Shown here: piece by piece, positions 31,811-40,887 of the stretch
Position numbering within the stretch: position 1 is the stretch's first letter
Layout of the letters: every line of letters begins with the position of its first letter
From: Minisyncoccia bacterium
Lineage (GTDB): Bacteria; Patescibacteriota; Minisyncoccia; Phycocordibacterales; PALSA-1337
Assembly (NCBI GenBank): GCA_044228445.1
Contig: JBGAUV010000002.1
Span: 19,219 to 83,218, forward strand
DNA length: 64,000 nt
Direction of reading: 5' to 3'
Notes under the pieces: model-generated
Databases searched by the model: none
What the model was told of the DNA's origin: nothing
Seen by the model: the letters and a program-made list of their open reading frames with translations, nothing else
Made by a program: the position numbers and the translations under genes

Positions 31811-32713
31811 ATGGCAAATAGACATCTTTCAAGATCAATAGTTCTCCAAACCCTATTTGAATGGGATTTTCGAGGTCAAAACGATAAAGAAATAAAGGAT
31901 ATTGTAACTAGAGATGCAAAAGAATTTGCTCCAGGGGTAAATGATGTTTCTTTTATTGAAGAATTAACTTCAAATGTACTAGCCAAAAGACCCGATTTGG
32001 ACAAAATAATAGAAAAAGCAGCTCCAGATTGGCCACTTGATAAAATATCAGTCGTCGATAGAAATGTGCTTCGTATAGGTTTATACGAATTACTCTTTGC
32101 CGATAGAGATGAAGTTCCTGCAAAAGTAGCTATAAATGAAGCTATAGAACTAGCAAAAAACTTTGGAGGAGAAAATAGTGGTAAGTTTGTAAACGGTGTA
32201 CTAGGTTCAGTATACAAAGAATTGGGAGAACCAGGAAAGGATGCAACACCAAAAAAGAAAAAGAAGATTGAAGATATTCCTTATGAACAAATGCCAATAC
32301 AAAATCTTGGCGGAGCAGTAGTTTTTGCAAGAGATGGTAGTGATATATATCTAGCTTTTGTTCATGATGTATTCGGACACTGGACATTATCAAAAGGAAA
32401 AATCCCAAATGGTGTCGATATAAAAGAGGGTACAGTAGCAAAAGTAAAAGAAGAAATGGGTTTGGATGTAAAAATAGTTCTAGACCTTGGAAATAATGAA
32501 TATATAGCAAGTGATCCAGAGCTTGGAAAACTTAGAAAACAAGTACATTACTTTTTAGCTGAATCAAAATACTCAGATATAACACTAGCAAAAAAACCTG
32601 GACTAGATGATGGAAAATGGTTCAAACTAGCAGATATACTTGAACTTAATTTTTATAATGATATATTGCCAATAGTTACAAAATCCATAAAGTATTTGAC
32701 TGAAGGAAAGTAG
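31811..32713 (+). CDS. nusB: NusB-family antitermination factor fused to a C-terminal NUDIX-fold domain (degenerate NUDIX box)
   Basis: Amino acids 1-140 form a NusB domain (RSIVLQTLFEWDF...VDRNVLRIGLYELLF...AINEAIELAKNFGGENSGKFVNGVLG). A Lys-rich linker PKKKKK follows. Amino acids ~165-300 then carry GHWTLSKGKIPNGVDIKEGTVAKVKEEMGL, which aligns with the MutT segment [30 protein letters not shown]. Confidence 0.75.
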   Translation: MANRHLSRSIVLQTLFEWDFRGQNDKEIKDIVTRDAKEFAPGVNDVSFIEELTSNVLAKRPDLDKIIEKAAPDWPLDKISVVDRNVLRIGLYELLFADRDEVPAKVAINEAIELAKNFGGENSGKFVNGVLGSVYKELGEPGKDATPKKKKKIEDIPYEQMPIQNLGGAVVFARDGSDIYLAFVHDVFGHWTLSKGKIPNGVDIKEGTVAKVKEEMGLDVKIVLDLGNNEYIASDPELGKLRKQVHYFLAESKYSDITLAKKPGLDDGKWFKLADILELNFYNDILPIVTKSIKYLTEGK

Positions 32714-32724
32714 TAGCAAAATCT

Positions 32725-33420
32725 ATGCCAGATTTCCTAAAACTTGCAAGTAAAATAAAAACTGAATTTAAAGATATAAACCTGCTTCGCCAGGCTTGTA
32801 CTCATCGTTCATATTTAAATGAAAATAAATCTTCAGGTCTTGAACATAATGAAAGACTGGAGTTTCTTGGTGATGCAGTACTTGAACTAGTTGTTACACA
32901 TTTTCTATACAAAAAATTCCCAGGAAGAAATGAAGGTGAACTTACAGCTTATCGTTCAGCAATAGTAAATACCGTAAGCTTATCAAAAGCAGCAAGCTTT
33001 ATGGGTATAAATGAATACTTACTTTTATCAAAAGGAGAATCAAAAGATACAGGAAGAGCAAGATCAATTATTCTTGCAGATACAGTTGAAGCAATTATCG
33101 GATCTATTTATGTAGATCAGGGTTATGATAGTGCAGAGAAATTTATTGCTAACTTTATACTAGAAGTTATTGATATTGATGAAATAATCGATAAGAAACT
33201 TTGGCTTGATGCAAAGAGTCGTTTCCAAGAAAAAGCTCAAGAAGAAACAGGTATAACTCCAACATATAAAACTATGAAAGAAACTGGTCCAGATCATAGC
33301 AAACTCTTTACTCTAGGTGTATTTATAGGTGATAAACAAATAGCTTTAGGAACAGGAATGTCAAAACAAGAAGCAGAACAAAAAGCCGCAGAAAAAGCAC
33401 TAGAGGTAAAAGGGTGGTAA
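32725..33420 (+). CDS. rnc: ribonuclease III
   Basis: The RNase III signature ERLEFLGDAVLELVV and a C-terminal dsRBD are present. Confidence 0.9.
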   Translation: MPDFLKLASKIKTEFKDINLLRQACTHRSYLNENKSSGLEHNERLEFLGDAVLELVVTHFLYKKFPGRNEGELTAYRSAIVNTVSLSKAASFMGINEYLLLSKGESKDTGRARSIILADTVEAIIGSIYVDQGYDSAEKFIANFILEVIDIDEIIDKKLWLDAKSRFQEKAQEETGITPTYKTMKETGPDHSKLFTLGVFIGDKQIALGTGMSKQEAEQKAAEKALEVKGW

Positions 33421-33424
33421 AAAT

Positions 33425-34321
33425 ATGTTAAAAAAGAATAATTTAATTTACATCATTCCGCTCATTTTAATACTTGCTATTTTTTCAAGATATACGATTT
33501 TAAGCATATTTCATTTAGAGAAAGTGGTAGAAAATAAACCAATAATTAATAATATTAAAGAGGGTAAGGATGAAACACAAAAAAAGAATATAGATAATAG
33601 ACTATTATCTGATGAACTTTATGATTATAAAATAATAGGAGGAAAATATTTATATAAATATGTTGCAAATATCGATCCTGATAAATTTAAAATCATTGAT
33701 AACGGACTTGCAGTAGATGATGTATGGACATATTGGAATGGGTCACGAATAGATATTACTCCAAGTAAAATGGTTGTGATAAGAAATAAGGATATAATAT
33801 CGGCACTAAAGGATGACTATAGAGTTTTTGTTGCACCGAATAATGATCCAATACAAGTAAAGGGTGCTGATCCAGTTAGTTTCGATTTTAATAATGGAAA
33901 TCAATATCCTAGTGATAAAAATCATGTTTATTATATGAAGTATAACTACGATGATTCAGGTATAAGTATATTACAAGATGCAGACCCAAAATCATTTAAA
34001 GTTTTAGGAGAGTGTCGAATGATTGAAATATATGGAACATTGCTAGCAAAGGATTCAAAACATGTTTATGTGGAGAATAAAATAATTCCATATATAGATA
34101 CAGAAAGTTTTAATTTTATTACTAAATTTTCACTTGATAGTGTAGATTTGCCAGCTATGTTTAGTTTTTCTAAGGATAAAAATAATATATATTATAATTG
34201 CGGTAAGATTTTAGAAGGTGCTGATTATAATACATTTGAATATATTGGAAACGGTGTAGCGCAGGATAAGAATTATACTTATAAATTGGGAGAATTTAAT
34301 TCATTTAGAGTTAAGAGATAG
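33425..34321 (+). CDS. DKNYY-domain repeat protein with N-terminal membrane anchor
   Basis: An N-terminal transmembrane segment is present. The motif DKN(H/N)(V/I)YY recurs (DKNHVYYMKY, SKHVYVENK, DKNNIYYNCG), consistent with the DKNYY family. Confidence 0.6.
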   Translation: MLKKNNLIYIIPLILILAIFSRYTILSIFHLEKVVENKPIINNIKEGKDETQKKNIDNRLLSDELYDYKIIGGKYLYKYVANIDPDKFKIIDNGLAVDDVWTYWNGSRIDITPSKMVVIRNKDIISALKDDYRVFVAPNNDPIQVKGADPVSFDFNNGNQYPSDKNHVYYMKYNYDDSGISILQDADPKSFKVLGECRMIEIYGTLLAKDSKHVYVENKIIPYIDTESFNFITKFSLDSVDLPAMFSFSKDKNNIYYNCGKILEGADYNTFEYIGNGVAQDKNYTYKLGEFNSFRVKR

Positions 34322-34331
34322 TTTGCTAGTT

Positions 34332-34500
34332 TTTTATAAAAAAATAGCCCCGTCTACAGGATTTCCAGCTAGGCTGGGCTGTAGACGGGTGTTGCAACCA
34401 TGGTAAACATTTGACTTAAGGTCAGGCTTCGGCGAATACGGCCGATAGTTGATATTTACCTACGTTTTTTATGCAACGGGATGTTTAGTGTTCATCCCCC
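34332..34500 (-). ncRNA. candidate structured small RNA (~170 nt); strand assignment from terminator orientation, identity unknown (weak SRP-RNA-like 8-mer on the opposite strand)
   Basis: This is a GC-rich island with no ORF. On the minus strand it has the hairpins GGGAUG..CAUCCC and CGGC..GCCG, and a long terminal hairpin (CCCGUCUACAG...CUGUAGACGGG) followed by U7. A possible minus-strand promoter TGGACA-17-TAGTAT lies at 34507-34535. The plus strand folds into a long extended hairpin that contains AGGUCAGG. Confidence 0.35.
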
Positions 34501-34627
34501 AAATCAATACTAGTTTAAACTATTATATTTGTCCACAACATAAATACAAAATACAACAAAGTCTTGACCATACCTTTTAAATGTATTAACTTAAAAATAA
34601 ATACATGCACAAATAGAAAGGAAAGTT

Positions 34628-34831
34628 ATGCAAAAGTTAAATCCTATCCAGACCAAACTCATTCAAAAAATGACGAGAGCATCAATTTTAATTGAAAGGC
34701 TCAAAAAGGAACATGGTGATCAATGCCCACACAATGATCCGCATGTACCTGGACCATGCAAATGCGGTGCTATTGAGCATAACGCATTAATTGATCATGT
34801 TTTGAGGATACTTGATCCTCTTTTGGACTAA
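34628..34831 (+). CDS. small Cys/His-rich protein (possible zinc-binding), hypothetical
   Basis: The 67-aa ORF has a CPHNDPH...PCKCGAIEH cluster. It is followed by the terminator CTGCC...GGCAG plus T-run at about 34846-34893. Confidence 0.4.
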   Translation: MQKLNPIQTKLIQKMTRASILIERLKKEHGDQCPHNDPHVPGPCKCGAIEHNALIDHVLRILDPLLD

Positions 34832-34925
34832 TCTCATTTTGTTTACTAGAACTGCCTTGCACTTGCGCGACGGCAGTTTTATTTTATTAATAGCTCACTT
34901 TTAAACTTCACGATATAATATATTC

Positions 34926-37166
34926 ATGTATCTCAAATCACTCGAGATTGTGGGTTTTAAGTCATTTGCAAAAAAGGCAAGTCTAAATTTTACTTCACCT
35001 ATATCAAGTATTGTAGGGCCCAATGGTTCTGGAAAAAGTAATGTTGCAGAAGCATTTCGTTTTGTACTTGGTGAACAATCCATAAAAAGCATGAGAGGTA
35101 AGAGAGGAGAGGATCTTATTTTTAATGGTGGAGGTGAAGGAAATAGAGTAAATAGCGCTTCAGTAAAAGTAGTTTTTGATAATAGAAAAAAGATTTTAAA
35201 TATAGATTTTCCTGAAGTAAGTTTGGAAAGAAGAGTTCATAGAGATAATTCAAATGAGTATTTTATAAATGGAAGCCAAGTAAGACTTAAGGATATTATA
35301 GAATTACTTTCAGGGGCACATATAGGTGCTTCAGGACATCATATTATTTCACAAGGTGAAGCCGATAGAATATTGAATGCAAATATTCGTGAAAGAAAAG
35401 AAATGATAGAAGATGCACTTGGTCTTAAAATTTATCAATATAAAAAGACAGAAAGTCAAAAGAAACTAGAAAAAACTGATGAAAATATGAAATCAGTAGA
35501 GTCTCTACGCCGTGAACTAGCTCCACATTTAAAATTCCTAAAAAAGCAGGTTGAAAAAGTAGAAAAAGTTGCTGAACTTAGAAGAGAATTGGAAGAAGTA
35601 TATAAACAATACATAAAGACTGAAGAGATATATGTAAAAAATGAAAAAGAAAAAATAAATATAGAGAAACAACCTTTAATAAAAGAAACAGAAATACTAG
35701 ATAAAGAAATTGCCAATGCCAGAAAAGTCCTTGAAACTTCAAGTCATAGAGATATATCTTCAGATGAATTAATTTCAATAGAAGGAAAACTAGCTGAAAT
35801 AAGAAAAGAAAAAGACGGAATATTTCATGAAAGTGGAAAAATAGAAGGAGAAATTACAGTTTTAAATAGAGCCCTTGAAAGAGAAAAGCAAGCTCATGCT
35901 AGGGATGAACATAAGACAGTATATGTAAGCCAAGTAGAAGAAATTGGTCTAAAAATAGAGAGTTTAAAAGATATACTTGATGCAAAAACATTATTTACAG
36001 AAGTAAAAAGGATATTTACTGATTTTATTTTATTTCATAAAGGTAATAGAGATAATTCTAGAATTGAAGACATAAATAAAGAATTAAAATTACTCATTTC
36101 TCAAAAGCAGGATTTAGAAAAATCTTTACAAAAAATAAAAGAAAAAGAAGATAATACGACAGTGGATTATCTTGAACTTAGAAAAAAGATAGAAAGAGAA
36201 AAAGATACAAATAGAGATGCAGAAAAACAAGTTTTCCAAATAATAGCTCGTCAAAATGAAATTAGAGGACAATTAAATGCAATAAGGACTAGAGAAACAA
36301 ATCTTGTTATAGATGAAGAAAATTTGAAGAAAGAAATAGAACAAGCGTATATGTTTGTTGGAAGAAGTGCTGTGGATTTTGGTGACTTAGTTGTGGATAC
36401 TAATGAAGATAGAAGTATTCAACATGATAGATTGAGAAAAATTGAAAAAATAAAGATAAGAATAGAAGATTCTGGTGCTGGAAATGGTGGAGAAATTTTA
36501 AAAGAGTATAAAGAAGCAGAAGAACGCGATGCATTTTTAGCAAAGGAACTTTCAGATTTATTTGCTTCAAAGAAATCTTTATATGATTTAATTGCAGATT
36601 TAGATATGAGAATATCTATAGAGTTTAAAGAGGGAATATTGAAAATAAATAGTCAATTTCAAGAATTCTTTTCACTTATGTTTGGTGGAGGAAATGCTTC
36701 ATTATCAGTTGTAAAAGAAAAGAAAAAGAAAAGATCTCTAACAGATTTGGGGGCAATATTAAATAATGAAGAAAGTATTCCAGAATCAGAAATAGATGAT
36801 GAAAATGGGGAAGAAGGAATAGAAATACAAGTTAGTCTACCAAGAAAGAAAATAAAAAATCTAATGATGCTTTCAGGTGGAGAAAGAGCACTTACTTCGA
36901 TCGCTCTTCTTTTTGCTGTATCTCAAGTGAATCCTCCACCTTTTATTATTCTAGATGAAACAGATGCAGCACTAGATGAAGCAAATTCAAGAAAGTATGG
37001 AGATATGATTGCTAATCTTTCAAAATATTCTCAATTAATTTTAATTACACACAATAGAGAAACAATGTCTCGAGCGGGAGTAATATATGGGGTAACTATG
37101 GATGGGGGAGGTAGTTCAAAATTATTATCAATACAGTTTGAAGAGGCAGTAAAGGTGGCGAAATAA
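34926..37166 (+). CDS. SMC-family ATPase, short (746 aa) with no recognisable hinge domain
   Basis: The N-terminal head is SMC-like (LEIVGFKSFA...IVGPNGSGKSNVAEAFRFVLGEQSIKSMRG). The C-terminal head has the signature/Walker B motifs (LSGGERALTSIALLFAV...PFIILDETDAALDEAN). The centre is about 400 aa of coiled coil with no Gly-rich hinge motif. Confidence 0.75.
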   Translation: MYLKSLEIVGFKSFAKKASLNFTSPISSIVGPNGSGKSNVAEAFRFVLGEQSIKSMRGKRGEDLIFNGGGEGNRVNSASVKVVFDNRKKILNIDFPEVSLERRVHRDNSNEYFINGSQVRLKDIIELLSGAHIGASGHHIISQGEADRILNANIRERKEMIEDALGLKIYQYKKTESQKKLEKTDENMKSVESLRRELAPHLKFLKKQVEKVEKVAELRRELEEVYKQYIKTEEIYVKNEKEKINIEKQPLIKETEILDKEIANARKVLETSSHRDISSDELISIEGKLAEIRKEKDGIFHESGKIEGEITVLNRALEREKQAHARDEHKTVYVSQVEEIGLKIESLKDILDAKTLFTEVKRIFTDFILFHKGNRDNSRIEDINKELKLLISQKQDLEKSLQKIKEKEDNTTVDYLELRKKIEREKDTNRDAEKQVFQIIARQNEIRGQLNAIRTRETNLVIDEENLKKEIEQAYMFVGRSAVDFGDLVVDTNEDRSIQHDRLRKIEKIKIRIEDSGAGNGGEILKEYKEAEERDAFLAKELSDLFASKKSLYDLIADLDMRISIEFKEGILKINSQFQEFFSLMFGGGNASLSVVKEKKKKRSLTDLGAILNNEESIPESEIDDENGEEGIEIQVSLPRKKIKNLMMLSGGERALTSIALLFAVSQVNPPPFIILDETDAALDEANSRKYGDMIANLSKYSQLILITHNRETMSRAGVIYGVTMDGGGSSKLLSIQFEEAVKVAK

Positions 37167-37459
37167 AAAATAAAAAAAGGGAGCTCCTACATAATCGTAG
37201 AAAAGCTCCTCTTTGTTTCTTCAGAGAAACGTATATTTAAATACTTCCCTGAGTAAGGAATAGTTCGGCTATTCCCGACAAACAAGTGATTTTACACGCC
37301 CCGTAGCTACGGATAATTCCATAATGTTTATCGAGCTATATTTATAACATATATGTATAATATTGGCAATAGCTAACTATTTCGACTTTTATTTCGAATT
37401 GATTAAAACTTCATAACTTTTTCATTATTTCTTTATCACTGTTTTGCTACATTGATTTT

Positions 37460-37816
37460 ATGTATAGCAACGAAGAGATAATTAATAATGCCAAATCTTT
37501 TTATTTAAAAATAGGAAGTATACCTTGTTCTGCCTTAGGAAATATGAATATTGTATTTGGCAGTGTTGGATGGAGGCATATTTTATGGAAAAACAGATTA
37601 CCAAGAAATACCAGTGATAAATTAAGGAGAATAAAGTTATTGAAATACGCTCCGGTTGTAGTCAATAAAGGGTGTTTAATTTTTTATAGACAGGATTACA
37701 AAAATGGTATTTTAGGTAAATTTTGGAAGTTAAAAATGAAAATAAATAATAAAGAAGTAAAAGTTGTAATCAGACAGATTGGCGGTGGCGATATAAATTT
37801 TTTTAGCATTATGTAA
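37460..37816 (+). CDS. hypothetical protein (orphan island gene)
   Basis: This 118-aa basic protein has no recognisable motif. It lies in a 1.2-kb non-housekeeping gap between smc and rnr. Confidence 0.35.
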   Translation: MYSNEEIINNAKSFYLKIGSIPCSALGNMNIVFGSVGWRHILWKNRLPRNTSDKLRRIKLLKYAPVVVNKGCLIFYRQDYKNGILGKFWKLKMKINNKEVKVVIRQIGGGDINFFSIM

Positions 37817-37987
37817 ACTAAAATCTCCCATTAAATAAATTTAAGGGAGACTCTAGTCTTGCTCTCAACGATAATGTCGAGGGAGATCCATACAATTTCT
37901 TGTATATCCCACAAGATTTATAGATTATATACCAAAAATTATAGAAATCAAACTACTTTTATTTAAGTGCGGATTAAATGTTAAGTA

Positions 37988-38016
37988 TTGACATAAAGAC
38001 TAAAAAGTTTTAGTCT
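37988..38016 (+). promoter_or_regulatory. sigma-70-like promoter (TTGACA, 17 nt, TAGTCT) overlapped by a perfect 9-bp inverted repeat (candidate operator)
   Basis: TTGACA lies at 37988-37993. The inverted repeat AGACTAAAA-ag-TTTTAGTCT (37997-38016) covers the spacer and the -10, about 55 nt upstream of the ORF at 38071. Confidence 0.4.
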
Positions 38017-38070
38017 GATTCGTAGAAGAAAACCACTAAAACCAGTAAGAAAACCAAAACCCTAGTAAAT

Positions 38071-38331
38071 ATGGCTAAGACTACTTTTTCACCTGGCGAT
38101 CGATTTATTTGTTACAAAGGTCAAGAAAAACGCTACGGCATAGTTCTCCCAGATATGAAAGCACTTATCATTTCTGGAAGAGGAGGACGTTCGGGTTATA
38201 GTTTGGAAAAAAAAGATATTCCCAGTGATGCAATTACTGCACAATCATACAGCTGGCCACATGAAATTACTTTTGCTTTTGATTGCGCTGCTTTTGCACT
38301 CGATTTGAACATATCAACTGCAAGATTCTGA
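38071..38331 (+). CDS. hypothetical protein (orphan island gene, GC-richer)
   Basis: This is an 86-aa ORF. A terminator follows it (AAGACCTTC...GAAGGTCTT plus T-run, 38335-38392) and is shared with the convergent rnr. Confidence 0.35.
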   Translation: MAKTTFSPGDRFICYKGQEKRYGIVLPDMKALIISGRGGRSGYSLEKKDIPSDAITAQSYSWPHEITFAFDCAAFALDLNISTARF

Positions 38332-38385
38332 AGACCTTCATGGGACTGACCTTTAATAGGGCTTTCCACGAAGGTCTTTCTCTTT

Positions 38386-40323
38386 TTACCCCACAATTCC
38401 AAAATCTAGTGTTTTTCTATCTAGATCTGCACCTGTTACTTTAAACTTTATATCATCACCAAGAGTAAACTTTTTCTTTGTCCTTTGACCAGTTATGGAA
38501 TAAGTCTTTTTATTAAATTCATAAAAATCATTTCCAAGATCACGAATCTTTATCATACCTTCACACTTTGTTTCTTTTTCTTCAACATAAACACCCCATT
38601 CAGTTACACCAGATATAGTACCAAGGAATTCTTGACCAATTTTATCTGCCATGTATTCAACTTGTTTTAGCTTCTTTGACGCTCTTTCAGCTTCTGCTGC
38701 ATCTATTTCGCGAGCTGTGGATGATTCTGCTATGTTTTGGAATTCTATTATCTCACGGTCTTTAAAAGGCTCATGATGTAAATGCTTTGCAAGTATTCTA
38801 TGTACTAAAAGATCAGGATAACGACGAATAGGGGAAGTAAAATGTGTATAGTATTCGAAAGCTAGACCAAAATGTCCAATATTCTTTGTTGAATATATAG
38901 CTTTTTGCATAGAACGAATTGCTGCGGTTTTTATAAGTGTTTCATGAGGTGTACCTTCAACTTGTTTCAAAAGATTTTTTATACTATGCGCATTTACATG
39001 ACCTTTTTTAGTATTCAAATCATAACCAAGTGCTTTTACGAATTGCTCTAGTTCAAGCATTTTTTCTGGGTCCGGAATATCGTGAATTCTGTAAATTGAT
39101 CCAGTATCTTTTGTGCCTTTCTTTTTTATTGAATCATAAATATGTCTTGCAACTTCACGATTTGCAAGTAGCATGTATTCTTCAACTAGTTTATGGGTAT
39201 CTAGTCTTTCTTTTTTATATACTCCAATAGGCTTACCATTTTCATCAAGCTTAAACTTTATTTCATCTTGCTCAAATTCTATAGCACCTTTATTAAATTT
39301 TTCTTTTTGAAGTATTTTTGCAATTCTATTTAGAGTAATTAATTCATTTGCATAAGGACCATTTTTATTATCTATACTTTCTTGAGCAGTTTCATAAGTA
39401 AAACGATAATCAGAGTGCATTACAGTTCTTCCAAACCAACGATCTTTTATTTGAGCTTTTTCATTCATTATGAAAATTGCTGAAAAAGTCAGTTTGTCTT
39501 CATTTGGGTTTAGACTACAAAGGTCATTTGAAAGTATTTCTGGAAGCATGGGTATAGTTCTATCTACTAGGTAAATAGAGCAACCGCGTTTGCGAGCTTC
39601 TTTATCAAGTGGTTGGCCTTCGCGTACATAGTGACTTACATCAGCAATATGTACTCCTATTTCATATAGTTTTTCTCCATCTTTTTCTCCCAATTCTTTA
39701 TATGAAATTGCATCATCAAAATCTTTTGCATCAAAAGGATCTATTGTAAATGTTAGTGTGTCGCGAATATCACGACGCTTTTGTATTTCTTGTTGTGGAA
39801 TTTTTCCTTCTTTTCTTGATATTTCTTCAGCTTCATCTTCTACGGCATGAGGGAATTTTGTTTCAAAACCACTTTCAAGAACAATAGCTTCCATTTCTAC
39901 ATTATTATTTCCTTTTTTACCTATTACTTTTACTATATCTCCATAAAGTCTTTCTTTTGGGTTTGTCCATGTATTTATCTTTACAAAGACACGATCACCT
40001 GGTTGAACTTTTTTTGTTTCTGTGGGAGAAAGCATAATATTTGCATACATTTTTCTTTCATCTGGAACTATACCTAGTATACCTTCACGCTCTTCTACAG
40101 TACCTACAAAATGATCCCTATATCTTTCCAAGACTTTTGTAACTCTAGCACTTTTATTTTCTCCGCTTTTCACTAGTATTTCTACTTCAACTGTATCTTG
40201 ATTTAAAGCACAGTTTAAATTGCCTTCTTCTATGAAAAAGTCATTTTCTAAATCATTCGGATCTGGTATAAAACCAAGGCCTTTTCTTGTAGTTGTAACT
40301 GTTCCTGTTATCCTATTATTCAT
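38386..40323 (-). CDS. rnr: ribonuclease R / exoribonuclease II family (RNB domain plus C-terminal S1)
   Basis: N-terminal OB/cold-shock domains are followed by the RNB catalytic region (HIADVSHYV, DRTIPMLPE, SNDLCSLNP) and a C-terminal S1 domain. Confidence 0.9.
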   Translation of the reverse strand: MNNRITGTVTTTRKGLGFIPDPNDLENDFFIEEGNLNCALNQDTVEVEILVKSGENKSARVTKVLERYRDHFVGTVEEREGILGIVPDERKMYANIMLSPTETKKVQPGDRVFVKINTWTNPKERLYGDIVKVIGKKGNNNVEMEAIVLESGFETKFPHAVEDEAEEISRKEGKIPQQEIQKRRDIRDTLTFTIDPFDAKDFDDAISYKELGEKDGEKLYEIGVHIADVSHYVREGQPLDKEARKRGCSIYLVDRTIPMLPEILSNDLCSLNPNEDKLTFSAIFIMNEKAQIKDRWFGRTVMHSDYRFTYETAQESIDNKNGPYANELITLNRIAKILQKEKFNKGAIEFEQDEIKFKLDENGKPIGVYKKERLDTHKLVEEYMLLANREVARHIYDSIKKKGTKDTGSIYRIHDIPDPEKMLELEQFVKALGYDLNTKKGHVNAHSIKNLLKQVEGTPHETLIKTAAIRSMQKAIYSTKNIGHFGLAFEYYTHFTSPIRRYPDLLVHRILAKHLHHEPFKDREIIEFQNIAESSTAREIDAAEAERASKKLKQVEYMADKIGQEFLGTISGVTEWGVYVEEKETKCEGMIKIRDLGNDFYEFNKKTYSITGQRTKKKFTLGDDIKFKVTGADLDRKTLDFGIVG

Positions 40324-40388
40324 CAGCTTTTGATTTGAATACTATACAGCATATTGCCTTTTTTTAACAGTTCTGTTATATTTCTCCC

Positions 40389-40760
40389 ATGTTAATGATA
40401 AGACTTCAAAGAGTAGGACGCGTACACGAGCCAACATTCAGGCTTGTTTTAACCGATTCAAAAAATGGCCCAAAGAGCGGAAAGTATATTGAAGTACTAG
40501 GCTCATATGATCCAAGAAGAGAAAATAAGCTAGAACAATTTGATACAGAAAAGATAAAGTATTGGATAAGTAAAGGAGCAAAGCTTTCAGATACAGTTCA
40601 TAACTATCTAGTATCAAAGAAACTAATTGCTGGAAAAAAGATAAATGCTCTTCCAAAAAAGAGACCTATAGTTAAAGAAAAAACAGAAGAAGAAAAGAAA
40701 GCTGAAGCCGCAAAAGCAGAAGCAGAAAAACTAGCACAATCAACTCCGGCCACAGCTTAG
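40389..40760 (+). CDS. rpsP: 30S ribosomal protein S16 with Ala/Lys/Glu-rich C-terminal tail
   Basis: The sequence begins MIRLQRVGRVHEPTFRLVLTDSKNGPKSGKYIEVLGSYDP. Confidence 0.85.
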   Translation: MLMIRLQRVGRVHEPTFRLVLTDSKNGPKSGKYIEVLGSYDPRRENKLEQFDTEKIKYWISKGAKLSDTVHNYLVSKKLIAGKKINALPKKRPIVKEKTEEEKKAEAAKAEAEKLAQSTPATA

Positions 40761-40804
40761 TTAATAAAACTTAGATAATACTATATTATCTGTGTAAAAC
40801 TCAT

Positions 40805-40833
40805 TTGACCACTTTCCTGATTGAAAGTAAAAT
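40805..40833 (+). promoter_or_regulatory. sigma-70-like promoter (TTGACC, 17 nt, TAAAAT) upstream of the KH-domain gene
   Basis: ttgacc lies at 40805-40810 and taaaat at 40828-40833. Confidence 0.4.
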
Positions 40834-40887
40834 TGTAATGAAAGTAATGTTGCTGAAAAGATATTAAAAGTACTTAAATGAAAAAAT

